Part shown: positions 16,711 through 30,270 of the stretch, in pieces | How the letters are laid out: every line of letters begins with the position of its first letter | Numbering within the stretch: position 1 is the stretch's first letter | NCBI RefSeq assembly: GCF_009914755.1 | Contig: NC_060931.1 | Source of the DNA: the human T2T-CHM13v2.0 reference genome, Homo sapiens | Length of the DNA: 64,000 nt | Strand: one strand, 5' to 3' | Notes under the pieces: generated by a model | What the model saw: only the letters and a program-made list of their open reading frames with translations | Databases searched by the model: none | Told to the model about the DNA's origin: nothing | Translations under genes and position numbers: made by a program

Positions 16711-19220
16711 TGCACTGGTTTTTCATTCATGATGCTGAATTGGCCCTAGTTCATTATTTATTGTGAATAAGTACTTATACTTAATGTGATGCCTAGCTGA
16801 GGTTAACAGTATAAACCAAGGACAACTAATAAAAACAGAGTTGAATGACCCCTATGAGTTTAAGCTCTGGCCTTGGTCTTCACCGCTTTTATGTTTTAGC
16901 CAGCAGTGCTAATAATAGGAAGAATCGCAGTGCCATCTGATCATGCCAATGAAGTACTCTGAGATTCTGAGAAATGGTGGTAAAGGGAGACAAAGTAATT
17001 CATTAGGAGACAAAAGCTCTTGGTGAATCAGAACACTTGGTTCTGTCTGCCTTTGAGAGTCACAATGAAGAGCAAGTATTCCACGCAGAAAGGGTCTCAG
17101 TGAGAGTACAAAGAATGTCTAGCAAGATGATCCACAGTTACCTCCAGTTTCTCATATGACGCTTTCACAGGTTTTTTTTTTTTTTTTTTTTTTTTTTGAG
17201 ACAGGTCTCGCTCTGTCGCCAGGCTGGAGTGCTGTGGTGCCATTTCAGCTCACTGCAACCTCTTGACTCCCTGGTTCAAGCGATTCTCCTGCCTCAGCCT
17301 CCTGAGTAGCTGGGATTACAGGCATATGCCACCACGCCCAGCTAATTTTTGTATTTTTAGTAGAGATGGAGTTTCACCATGTTGGCCAGGATGGTCTCGA
17401 TCTCCTGACCTCATGATCTGCCTGCCTCGGCCTCCCAAAGTGCTGGGATTACAGGCGTGAGCCACTGCGCCCGGCCCACTTTCACAGTTTTTTAAAAATC
17501 TATCCTCTTTGAGGATGTTTCAATAAGTTCCAGGAGGAAAAAGTTTGAACTCTTACTAATGACTGAGGGAAATTTAGTTAATAGAGTGACAAAGTTGAAA
17601 GAAACCTGAGTTGAAAAAATAGTATACACTTTTTTCTTTTTTTTTTTTTTTTGAAAGGGAGTCTCACTCTGTTGCCCACGCTGGAGTGTAGTAGTGCGAT
17701 CTCGGCTCACTGCAACCTCCACCTCCCAATTCTCCTGCCTCAGCCTCTGGAGTACTGGGATTACAGGTGCACACCAACAGTCCTGGCTAATTTTTGTATT
17801 TTCAGTAGAGATGGGGTTTTGCCATGTTGGCCACGCTGGTCTCGAACTCCTGACCTCAGGTGATTCCCCTGCGTCAGCGTCCCAAAGTGCTGGGATCACA
17901 GGCATGAGCCACTGTGCCTGGCCTCGGTATATACTTTTTTTTTTCGAACATCAGGATCCTTTACCACACAGTCTCATTAAGCTTTCTAGCTTCGTCACAG
18001 CAGCTGTCAGAAGGTTAAGACACACTACCGAAAAAAAAAGTCCTGGAATCCAGGGCCAATTATGAGGCCAACTTTTCCCACTACAAAACAAAAACAAAAC
18101 CCATAGGCTTTCTTTTTCGTATGGCAGTGACAGAGAGGAGTCTTACTGAAAACTGCCAATGTACTAGTTCCTGAAGATCTAGGCAGAGAAATGCGGATTT
18201 TTTTTTCTGTGAAAACTTGGAAAACCTTCACCTGCATATTTACTAAGGGTACTAATATACATTTATTTTTATTTTATTTTTTTTTGAGACAGCGTCTCTC
18301 TCTGAAGCCCAGGCTGGAGCGCAACCTCGGCTCACTGCAACCTCCGCCTCCTGGGTTCAAGTGATTCTCCAGCCTCAGCCTCCCCAATAGCTGGGATTAC
18401 AGGCGCCTGCCACCACACATGGCAAATTTTTTTTTTTTTTGTATTTTGAGTAGAGACGAGGTTTCACCATGTTGGCTAGGTTGTCTCAAACTCTTGACCT
18501 CAGGTGATCCATTCGCCTTGGCCTCCCAAAGTGCTAGGATTACAGGCGTGAGCCACCACACCCAGCCATGCAATTTTGGACTTTTAGCATTACTATAGTT
18601 CCCTCCAGTGGAATCCTGTAACCCTAGAAAACCATGAATCTAGGAGTGCTGCTCATAAATATCTGCTGACAAGTATTATTTTACTTTGTCCTTGAAAGTT
18701 ATAGACTACGATCAGAAATTGTTACCAGCTACAAGGAAAATTTGGGAGTGAGCCAGCGAAGGAGAGAACCCAGTTTTCATGGTTCCATATTACCCAGCCT
18801 ATCACTTCCAATCTTTACACAGAGCAAACACTTGACTTTTCTTCTCAGTTGTCACCCACATTTGTAACCCACAGCAGTTATGGCTGCAATGGCTAGCAGA
18901 GTCACAGTCTGGGCTGTGGAACAGAGTAAAGTAATGTGCCCAGCGTGCGGAATGAGGCCATCATCTTGGTGTCAGAGCCCAGTGCTCCAAACAGCTAAGT
19001 TAACTGGCCAGGCTCCAAGTGCAAGTGACAGCAAATGAAAGAAAAAGCAGCTGTCTGCAACATGAGGCCGGAGCAGCTGCCTGTTCATCTATTTCTGTTT
19101 CCGTACTCCTTTTCTACTTGGAGTCACTTTATTTAGGAGAACAAAAGAATTTATCAGAACTTGACGGAATGCCATATGCTAAACTACAGAAAGACGAACC
19201 GGTTCTATGCCTAATCCCTA

Positions 19221-19367
<147 letters not shown>

Positions 19368-19680
19368 CTATTAAAAATACAAAATTAGCCGGGTGTGGTG
19401 GTGGGCGCCTGTAATCCTAGCTACTTGGGAAGCTAAGGCAGGAGAATCGCTTGACCCAGGAGGCGGAGGTTGCAGTGAGCTGAGATCGTGCCATTGGACT
19501 CCAGCCTAGGCAACAAGAACGAGACTCCATCTCAAAAAACAAACAAACAAACAAAAAAACCCAAATAACTTGACGTATGAAAGCTGAAGGCAGGCGGGGT
19601 GCTAATTATAGGCCCAGCCTCTGCTCCACCTCCCATAAACAGCAAGTGCTGCCCACACACAAGGCAGTGGCGTATCTCAC

Positions 19681-19887
19681 CATGGAGTCCGTTTCAGCTG
19701 GCTGGCTAGACTGTTTGTGCGCCAAGAGGATGGTCAGCACTGCTTTCCAGCCTGGCTCTGCTGGGGCGCTGGCATCTGGTTCAGTTCCACCATTCTCCCT
19801 GCTTTCTTTGCCAAGTGTGATATTCACCCAAGGGCACCAGTCTCTATGCTGAGAGGTGGGATCAAAGAAGCTTCGGGAAGATGTGTC
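19681..19887 (-). CDS. ZC3HC1: ZC3HC1 exon 9 (DTSSRSFFDPTSQHRDWCPW...PAETDSM), HxxxC of the second zinc module
   Basis: CTTCCTCAG| acceptor, 207 nt, ATG|GTGAGA donor. Overlaps ORF-track 19606..19914. Confidence 0.97.
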
Positions 19888-20099
19888 CTGAGGAAGGAGA
19901 AAAAGAAATAGCATTCATAGGTAGATGCTATGTAAGTTCAGGGAGGCACTGCTGTTAGTTATCAAGTCCAGAATCTCACAACTACCCATACTTCGAGTGT
20001 TTATGCTCTCCTTCAAACTTTGCCTACACATTTTCCTCTCATTTTCTTTATTTTTTCACTCCTTTTGTGTTAAACAAACTATACCTTATCACAAGGGAT

Positions 20100-20605
20100 A
20101 AGGGATACCCAACCCCCAGGCCATGGATGGGTACCAGGTCGCACAGTAGGAGGTGAACAGCAGGCGGGCAAGCAAAGCTTCATCTGAATTTACAGCTGCT
20201 CCCCATTGTTTGCATTACCACCTGAGCTCTGCCTCCTGTCAGATCAGCAGTGGCATTAGATTCTTATAGGAGCAGGAACCCTACTGTGAACTGCACATGA
20301 GAGGGATCTAGACTTCGGGCTCCTTATGAGAGTCTGACACCTCATGATCTGTCACTGTTTCCCGTCACCCCCAGATGAGATCATCTAGTTGCAGGAAAAC
20401 AAGCTGCGGGTTCCCACTGACTCTATATTATGGTGAGTTGTACAATTATTTCATTATATATTACAATATAATAATAATAGAAATAAAGTACACAATACAT
20501 GTAATGTGCTCGTATCATCCCGAAACCATCCTCCCAACCGTGGTCCGTGGAAAAATGGTCTTCCATGAAAACGGTCCCTGGTGCCAAAAAGGTTGGGGAC
20601 CGCTG
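20100..20605 (+). mobile_element. MER1A-like hAT-Charlie DNA transposon in intron 8
   Basis: Recognised internal sequence (TCAGATCAGCAGTGGCATTAGATTCT...GCAGGAAAACAAGCT) and terminal GGTTGGGGACCGCTG. Confidence 0.85.
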
Positions 20606-20872
20606 CCAGATCAGGTTTGTCCCTGTATCACACCGTTGTTCCATTTGCCTGAAATATCTATTATTTCTCCAGAATCCACTCCAAAGGAACAAAAAGGAGC
20701 AAAAAACATGACTGACATTTTTTCCCTTTGGTCATCCAACTTTAAATTTATTCACATGGTCTACTTTTTGCATTGGACCATGGAAGGGCTCCTGCCTGCT
20801 TCTCCATGCTGCCTAGGGAGGGCCCAATATGCTGTTTATGCTCAGCCACTGCTACATGCGAGGTGGACTCAC

Positions 20873-21085
20873 CGAACTGCTGGAGGAGCAGAGGCGAGCT
20901 CGCTTGGCTTTCCGCAGAGGGCTAGATGGTACCTCCAGGCCAGGGGTGTCTCCTGTTCCCATGCTTCGGGTCACTGGGCGAGTTCTGGTGGTGGGGCTAG
21001 CAGCCTCTGGCTCAGGATGGTCAACAGGACTGGAAGAGTCCCAGCTCCGAGTTCGAGAGACAATGGGACCAGGGCTCTTTTCAGC
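20873..21085 (-). CDS. ZC3HC1: ZC3HC1 exon 8 (AEKSPGPIVSRTRSWDSSSPVDHPEPEAASP...PLRKAKRARLCSSSSS), Ser/Pro-rich phospho-loop and basic NLS-like RKAKRAR; His363
   Basis: CCTTCAG| acceptor, 213 nt, TCG|GTGAGT donor. Confidence 0.97.
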
Positions 21086-21159
21086 CTGAAGGAAAGGGGA
21101 GATAATGGAAGTACACGAATGATATTAATGATTATGGTCAGAAATACTTCTTTCTTTAA

Positions 21160-21540
<381 letters not shown>

Positions 21541-21624
21541 TAAATTAATTTCCAACTTTCTACCAACAACACTTTTGCCAAGAATGTTGTTTAAAATTCC
21601 ACCCCAAATAAGCTAAGTGAATAC

Positions 21625-21868
21625 CTGCTCTGAGCCTGGGGAGAAAGTGGCATCCTGGCTCCGGGTCATCATCCTCCGAGGAGATTCAGGCACCAGAGGT
21701 AAGCGCTCTGGTCGCCCCTCAAGGCCTGGGATTGGGGAGCTGGTCAGGCCAAAGGATGCATCCAGGTCAGTCATGGACGATTCAATCTGCTGGAAGCCCC
21801 AGAGCCCCACCTTCCTCATACATTGCGAACATGCTATCAGGGAGAGCTGCATGGATTCCAAAGAGGAA
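21625..21868 (-). CDS. ZC3HC1: ZC3HC1 exon 7 (SSLESMQLSLIACSQCMRKVGLWGFQQ...FSPGSEQ), second CxxC; Ala271
   Basis: CTATCTAG| acceptor, 244 nt, CAG|GTATTC donor. Overlaps ORF-track 21613..21960. Confidence 0.97.
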
Positions 21869-22113
21869 CTAGATAGGAATGAAAAAGAGAGTTTTCTCAA
21901 AGTGTAACATTTCCAAATGACTAAGTGCAATGTCTTGTGAGTATGCCTTATCTCATCCAATTTCTGGAACAGTCACCATGTCCTATCAGAGCCTCTGTGC
22001 TCCAGTCTCAGGACCCAGCTTCATACTTCATCATCTCTCACATATTTCCCATAGAAAGACCTCGGGTTCTTAGTGTGCTCTCTATGGTAAGACTGTTTTG
22101 CAGGCATGTTTTA

Positions 22114-22396
<283 letters not shown>

Positions 22397-22614
22397 TAGC
22401 TGGGATTACAGGCACCCGCCACCATGCCCGGCTAATTTTTGTACTTTTGGTAGAGATGGGGTTTCACCATGTTGGCCAGGCTGGTCTCGAATTCCTGACC
22501 TCAGGTGATCCACCCGCCTTGGCCTCCCAAAGTGCTGGGATTAAATAAGTGTGAGCCACCGTACCCACCCTCTCTTGTCCCTCTTAAAGTCTTTTCCCTT
22601 TAAACAAAAAACAT

Positions 22615-22719
22615 TCCTTAATCTACCAAAGAGAGCATATTTAAAATACATCAAGATTTATTTACTGTCAGAACCAATCTTGATGTATTTTAAATATGCT
22701 CTCTTTGGTAGATTAAGGA
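22615..22719. repeat. Perfect 44-bp inverted repeat with 17-nt spacer
   Basis: Arm 22615-22658 (TCCTTAATCTACCAAAGAGAGCATATTTAAAATACATCAAGATT) is the exact reverse complement of 22676-22719. Confidence 0.95.
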
Positions 22720-23084
22720 TAGTGGGAGTCTATGCCAAATTGAGCAGCTGGAATGGAAATAGCAACATGGGGGCCTAGAAGACTCCAGCTGGTGTTTCCT
22801 ATGGTAGTTTTTATCAATTAAGCGGATTTTTCTTCCTTTCTAAAAATAGAAAAGAACTTCCTTTCTATTTTTCCTTCTTAAAAATAGAAAAGAGCTTATT
22901 TTCTTTCCATTTTTAGAAAGGAGGTTCACTGTTTATAGAACACAAATTCAGCCTGGTGTGGTGGCTCACGCCTGTAATCCCAGCACTTTGGGAGGCCGAG
23001 GCAGGCAGAACACGAGGTCAGGAGATCAAGACCATCCTGACTAACACGGTGAAACCCCGTCTCTACCAAAAATACAAAAAATTA

Positions 23085-23231
<147 letters not shown>

Positions 23232-23521
23232 TCAAAAAAAAAAAAAAAAAAAAAAAAAGAGAACACAAATTCCCAGTTAAGAAGCAACAGTACAAGAAAC
23301 AAAGTTCAGTTGTGAACACCAAGAATTCCTGAATTCCAATTCTGGTTTTGTTACTAATTCTTATTATCCATTCTCCTCGCACCATCCCCCACCCAGTTTT
23401 TCTTTGTCTCTTTTTCTCACGGGAAACACCATGTGATTTCTAAATACGATTAGTGACTGATATATATGGGTGTAATGCTGTTGTCATGGTTCATGTCTCC
23501 AGGCAAAATCTGCTGACTCAC

Positions 23522-23676
23522 CTACACGCCCAGCCACACACAGAGAGAATACAGGCAGTGACGTGGACTTGGATGTCTGAGCCTAATTTGATTGTAGTTT
23601 TTCTCTCATCAGTTCGGTGATCAAGTTCATCTTCAAGCAAGTGTAGGAGAAGACTGATCTTGTCTTCTGTCAAGCA
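23522..23676 (-). CDS. ZC3HC1: ZC3HC1 exon 6 (CLTEDKISLLLHLLEDELDHRTDERKTTIKLGSDIQVHVTACILSVCGWAC)
   Basis: CCCTTGTAG| acceptor, 155 nt, AG|GTGAGT donor. Confidence 0.96.
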
Positions 23677-24170
23677 CTACAAGGGAGCCAAGTAAAAAAC
23701 TTCGTTTCAACCACCATAAAAAGAAAAATTACACATTATAACATACCTAGATGGTACAAGCCGAAAATCAGGAAGGAAATTACAAACATGAAGATACTTC
23801 TCTTCACAGAGAACAAAATACTTCCAGGGACAGGGCTATAGTATCACACAGAAGCTTTCTGAATTGCCCTGAATCTGCTGACTGAGAAAGATGGAGTCTC
23901 CCTGGAACTGCCAAAACTCTTGTTAGTACTAAATTGTTCAATTTACCAGCTGCAGATTTTCCCTGAAACCTGCAAACTTCAAACCCAAATAGTGAAGACA
24001 AATTACTGCTTATGTCTTAGCCTGACACTAAATTTACTTAAACATTAAAGAGGCCAGGCGTGGTGGCTCACGCCTGTAATCCCAGCACTTTGGGAGGCCG
24101 AGGCAGGTGGATCACAAGGTCAGGAGATCGAGACCATCCTGGCTAACATGGTGAAACCCCGTCTCTACTA

Positions 24171-24371
<201 letters not shown>

Positions 24372-24640
24372 TTAGAGATGGGGTCTCACTATGTTGGCCA
24401 TGCTGGTCTTGAACTCCTGAGCTCAAGCAATCCTCCCACCTCAGCCTCCTGAGTAGCTGGGACTACAGGCATACATCACTGTGCCCCAGGCTCTAAATTT
24501 ACTTTTTGACAGAACAACAAAGCTCGTTAGACTTTATTTTTGTTCTAAGAAAAATAAGGAACTATGACCAGGTGGAAAAAAAAAATTGCCTTGGCTAGGG
24601 ACAGGGTTATATTCATAAGCATCAGAGGTTAATAGTTTCA

Positions 24641-24734
24641 GTCTATGGCCATACCACCCTGAACGCGTCCAGTCTCATCTCATCTCGGAAGCTAAGCAGG
24701 GTCAGGCCTGGTTAGTACTTGGAGGGGACTTTGG
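24641..24734 (+). pseudogene. 5S rRNA pseudogene, 3'-truncated, in intron 5 and antisense to ZC3HC1
   Basis: GTCTATGGCCATACCACCCTGAACGCG...GCTAAGCAGGGTCAGGCCTGGTTAGTACTTGGA matches recalled 5S nt 1-88 with about 8 mismatches. Flanked by direct repeats GAGGTTAA(T/C)AGTTT. Confidence 0.93.
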
Positions 24735-25048
24735 GAGGTTAACAGTTTGATGCTAAAACCCATACCACTCTCTTAATTTGAAGAGGCTACTATTTCCTAC
24801 AGTAAAGCTTGTCTTCATGGAGTACCCATAGGGTGATTAAATGGAACAGTAAATATTCAGTTTCAAAGTACAGATTGACTAGAGCATTTATTTTATTTTT
24901 GAGATGGAGTTTCGCTCTTGTTGCCCAGGCTGGAGTGCAATGGTGCGATCTCGGCTCACTGCAACCTGTCTCCCAGGTTCAAGCAATTCTCCTGCCTCAG
25001 CCTCCCAGGTAGCTGGGACTACAGGCATAAACTACCATGTCCGGCTAA

Positions 25049-25195
<147 letters not shown>

Positions 25196-25526
25196 TAAAC
25201 ATTTCTACTCACAAGGAGAAAGGAGTTTGTTACTTTCTTTGAAAAATGATGGCCGGGTGTGGTGGCTCACATCTGTAATCCCAGCACTTTGGGAGGCCGA
25301 GGTGGGCGGATCACGAGGTCAGGAGATCTAGAACATCCTGCCCAACACAGTGAAACCCTGTCTCTACTAAAATTACAAAAATTAGCTAGGCGTGGTCGCA
25401 CGTGCCTGTAATCCCAGCTACTTGGGAGGCTGAGACAGAAGAATCGCTTGAACCCAGGAGGCGGAGGTTGCAGTGAGCCAAGATCACCACTGTACTACAG
25501 CCTGGCGACAGAACAAGACTCTGTCT

Positions 25527-25563
<37 letters not shown>

Positions 25564-25796
25564 TATGCAATAAACCATATGCAGTCACATTTCAGTATTT
25601 TCTGTTAAATAGTTTAAGTAGGCTGGGTGTGCCGGCTCATGCCTGTAATCCCAGCACTTTGGGAGGCCGAGGCAGGTGGATCACCTGAGGTCAGGAGTTT
25701 GAGAACGGCCTGACCAATATGGTGAAACCCCGTCTCTACTAAAAATACAAAAATTAGCCAGGTGTGGTGGCAGACGCCTGTAATCCTAGCTACTCA

Positions 25797-25922
<126 letters not shown>

Positions 25923-26262
25923 TTAAGTAATAAATCAAGATAAAACTGAATTTATGGGAAGCATATATTCAGGGCAAACTTGAATCTATGCTTCCAGGTT
26001 ACAGCCCTAAAACTTGGCCCAAATAAACTGCTTATATACATATATGTTAAATTGAATCTATGCCATTTAAAAAAACATACCTAAACATTCAAATGGAACT
26101 CTCAACTGTCACCTTCCTGGTGGAGACTGAAAAGGTCAGATGAGAGACAGACAAGCAGTTCTCTTCACAGCAATTGCATCTTCTTGTCATTAAAAGAAAT
26201 GCTTCAGGTATAAATGCTGGCAACAACTGGAGGCCATTGCAGCCTAGTCAGGAAAAACTCAC

Positions 26263-26390
26263 CATAGTTTTCAAGTCCTCCGGCCTTAGGGAAGGAAGCT
26301 GGAGGTCCAAGTGACAAAGGCTTTGAAAACGATCTAGGAATTCACTAACAAGAATAGCAGGCTCATCCAGGGGCAACATCCCAAATCGGT
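26263..26390 (-). CDS. ZC3HC1: ZC3HC1 exon 5 (DRFGMLPLDEPAILVSEFLDRFQSLCHLDLQLPSLRPEDLKTM)
   Basis: TTTTCCACAG| acceptor, 128 nt, ATG|GTGAGT donor. Confidence 0.97.
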
Positions 26391-26565
26391 CTGTGGAAAA
26401 AGTAAATTGGAAGATTATATTGGTGTAAACTGTAAAAAATAAAAAACACGGCTGGGCATGGTGGCTCATACCTGTAATCCCAGCACTTTGGAAGGCCGAG
26501 GCGGGCGGATCACCTGAGGTCAGGAGTTCAAGACCAACCTAGCCAACCTAGAAACCCCTGTCTCA

Positions 26566-26733
<168 letters not shown>

Positions 26734-27527
26734 TCAAAAAATAATAATAAAATAAAATAAATAAAAAACACGTATTGAATGATTGAGGAAATATAGTAAA
26801 ATTGATGAGCTATTTGATGGTGTCAGGAAATTATTGTTTTTCATTTTGATGGGGCTGTAATGATACTACTGAGACCATGTTTAAAAAGTAGAATCCATAT
26901 TTTTTATATTTTGAAATATTTAGATAAAATGGCATATGTGGGACTGAACTTCAAAACAATGCAGAGGGGCAGGGTGTTAGGTGTTAGGAATATAGAAGAA
27001 ACAAGATCGGCCATGAGTTGATCATTGTTGAAGTTGAGTGATGGGGTTTCATTATTTATACTATTCCGTGTACTTCTATATATGTGTGAAATTGTTACCT
27101 TAAGAAAGAGAAAACAGAACAGAGTTAGTGGAGATGGATGCTTAAATAGGTGAAAAGTCTTAAAGAACCATCATTTTATAACTACCAAGTTATAACTTAC
27201 TGTGAGCTAAGAATGAAAAAAATGGCATGTTCCTAAAGTCTACACAAGAGATACAAAAAGGCTTGCATTGTAAGGTGAAGCTTAACTGGGTACCAGAGTA
27301 AATAAAGTATACAATTAGGAATTCTACTGGTAATACCTAAGTTGGAAAAGAAGGAATCTGCCTGAAATCTAAGCAGTGTGGAAACTGATTATATACTATA
27401 GTATAATTATCTCTGGCATTACCCAATTCATCTACTGCATACTTGGTACACTGGTACAAAGGCAAATGATGAGTGCAGAAAGGCCTTGCTAAGCTACTTC
27501 CTAAAGAGGTCAGTCTAGTAGGCCTAG

Positions 27528-27683
<156 letters not shown>

Positions 27684-29367
27684 TGAGTAGCCGGGATTAC
27701 AGGTGCCTGACACCACACCTGGTTAATTTTTCTATTTTTAATAAAGACAGGGTTTCATCATGTTGGCCAGGCTGATCTTTAACTCTTGGCCTCAGGTGAT
27801 CCACCCACCTTGGCCTCCCAAAGTGCTGAGATTACAGGCGTAAGTCACCACGCCCAGCCCTGAATCAGCTTTAATAAAGAATGAAAACACGTTTTGGAAG
27901 GGATTCATAGGAAAAGTGAAGAGAGAACATGCCATCCTAGCCTGATCGTCTAAAAAGTAGGAAGCCACTCGAGTCACTGGTCTTCTCTCAGCCTCAAATT
28001 GACATTTAGTTGCTCAACAAAGTCACTCATAATCTTTTTTTTTTTTTTTGAGACAATCTCGCTGTTGCCCAGGCTGGAGTGCAGTGGCGTGATCTCGGCT
28101 CACTGCAGGATCCGCCTCCTGGGGTTCACACCATTCTCCTGCCTCAGCCTCCCGAGTAGCTGGGACTACAGGCGCCCGCCACTGCGCCCGGCTAATTTTT
28201 TATATTTTTAGTAGAGACGGGGTTTCACCGTGTTAGCCAGGATGGTCTCGATCTCCTGACCTCATGATCCGCCTGCCTCGGCCTCCCAAAGTGCTGGGAT
28301 TACAGGCGTGAGCCACTGCGCCCAGCCCATTTTGTGATGTTTTAACTCTTGTTTCCATCTTCCCTTCCCCAGCTCAGCTCTGTGGTAGCCTTGAAAACCG
28401 ACATCCCAGCGGGGCGTGGTGGCTCACACCTGTAATCCTAGCACTTTGGGAGGCCAAGGTGGGTGGATCACCTGAGGTCGGGAGTTTGAGACCAGCCTGA
28501 CCAGCATGGAGAAACCCCGTCTCTACTAAAAATACAAAATTAGCCAGGCATGGTGGCGCATGCCTGTAATCCCAGCTACTCGGGAGGCTGAGGCAGAATC
28601 GCTTGAACCCGGGAGGCGGAGGTTTGGTGAGCTGAGATTGCGCCATTGCACTCCAGCCTGGGCAACAGAGCAAAACTCCATCTCAAAAAAAAAAAAAAAA
28701 AAACAGAAAACCAACATCCCCACAATCATGGTGAAAACCAGTAGCTTAGCAGTCACCGGAGAGCACAGAAAAGAGGTGGAGCTCCTCCAAAGCCCCATTC
28801 CAGAGAACCACCATTATTTGATCTGTGTGGCAGTTGCCTAGAACATTATACTGTCGCAGTGAGAACACCCTTTTCCCCAGACAGGTTTTCAAAAATGATC
28901 ATTGGCAACTGTTTAACATCACAGTTGCTTTGAGGCAGCAGTATGAGTTGGAGCAAGTAACAAGCTGACCAAAAACCTTAAAAGCTGGGAAATGAAATGT
29001 CCATAGGCAGGCTTGAAAGGCTCTGACATATTCCCTGGAATCTAGAAGGACATGTGCAGGTATAGAGCTATACACATGCCCAGCAAAGACCTGAAAAGGC
29101 CCTAAGCTCTCTCATCTCTGGCTGATGCTGAGGTTCTGCACAAGCAGGAAGTGAAGGCTAACACAGAACTGCAAACTGCCTGCTTGACTACTGAAGGTGT
29201 GCTCCCCCCACCACACACAGAGCTCCTTGGCAAGACTGGGGGACTTATTTGTTCAGGCATTTAAAGAAATCTCTGTCCAATCGTCCTGTGAAAGTTGATT
29301 TTGAGGCCGGGCACAGTGGCTCACGCCTGTAATCCCAACACTTTGGGAGGCCGAGGTGGGCGGATCA

Positions 29368-29652
<285 letters not shown>

Positions 29653-30028
29653 TCAGATGCCCTTCCTCCACCATCCCCACTGAAGACATCCTACACAGAT
29701 TGAGACAAGAAACATGAATTTGAGGCCAGGTACAGTTGCTCATGACTGTAATCCTAACATTTTGGGAGGCTGAGGTAGGAGGATCACTTGAAGCCAGGAG
29801 TTTGAGATCAGCCTGGGCAATATAGTGAGACCCCATCTCTACCAAAAAAAAAAAAATTAGCTGGATGTGGTGGCATACGCCTGTAGTCATAGTTACTCAG
29901 GAGGCTGAGGCAGGAGGATTGCTTAAGCCCAGGAATTCAAAGCTGCAGTGAGCTATGATTGTGCCACTGCACTGTAGCCTGGGAGAGAGAGAGAGAGGAG
30001 AGAGAAACGTGTACTTGATAGAAGAAAT

Positions 30029-30270
30029 GGAAGGAAGGAAGGAAGGAAGGAAGGAAGGAAGGAAGGAAGGAAGGAAGGAAGGAAGGAAGGAAGGAAGGGA
30101 AGGAGGGAGGGAGGGAGGGACAGTAAGAGGGGAAGGGGGGAAGGGAAGGAGGGAAGGGAAGGAGGGAAGGGAGGGAGGGGAGGGAAGGAAAGGAAGGGAA
30201 GGAAAAGAAAGAAGGGAAGGAAGGGAAAGATGGGAAGGAGGGGAAGGAGGGAGGGAGGAAGGGAGGGATG
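30029..30270 (+). repeat. (GGAA)17 microsatellite plus polypurine tract at the 3' end of an Alu
   Basis: Uninterrupted GGAA from 30029 to 30096, then GGGA/GGAA degenerate sequence to about 30270. Confidence 0.95.
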
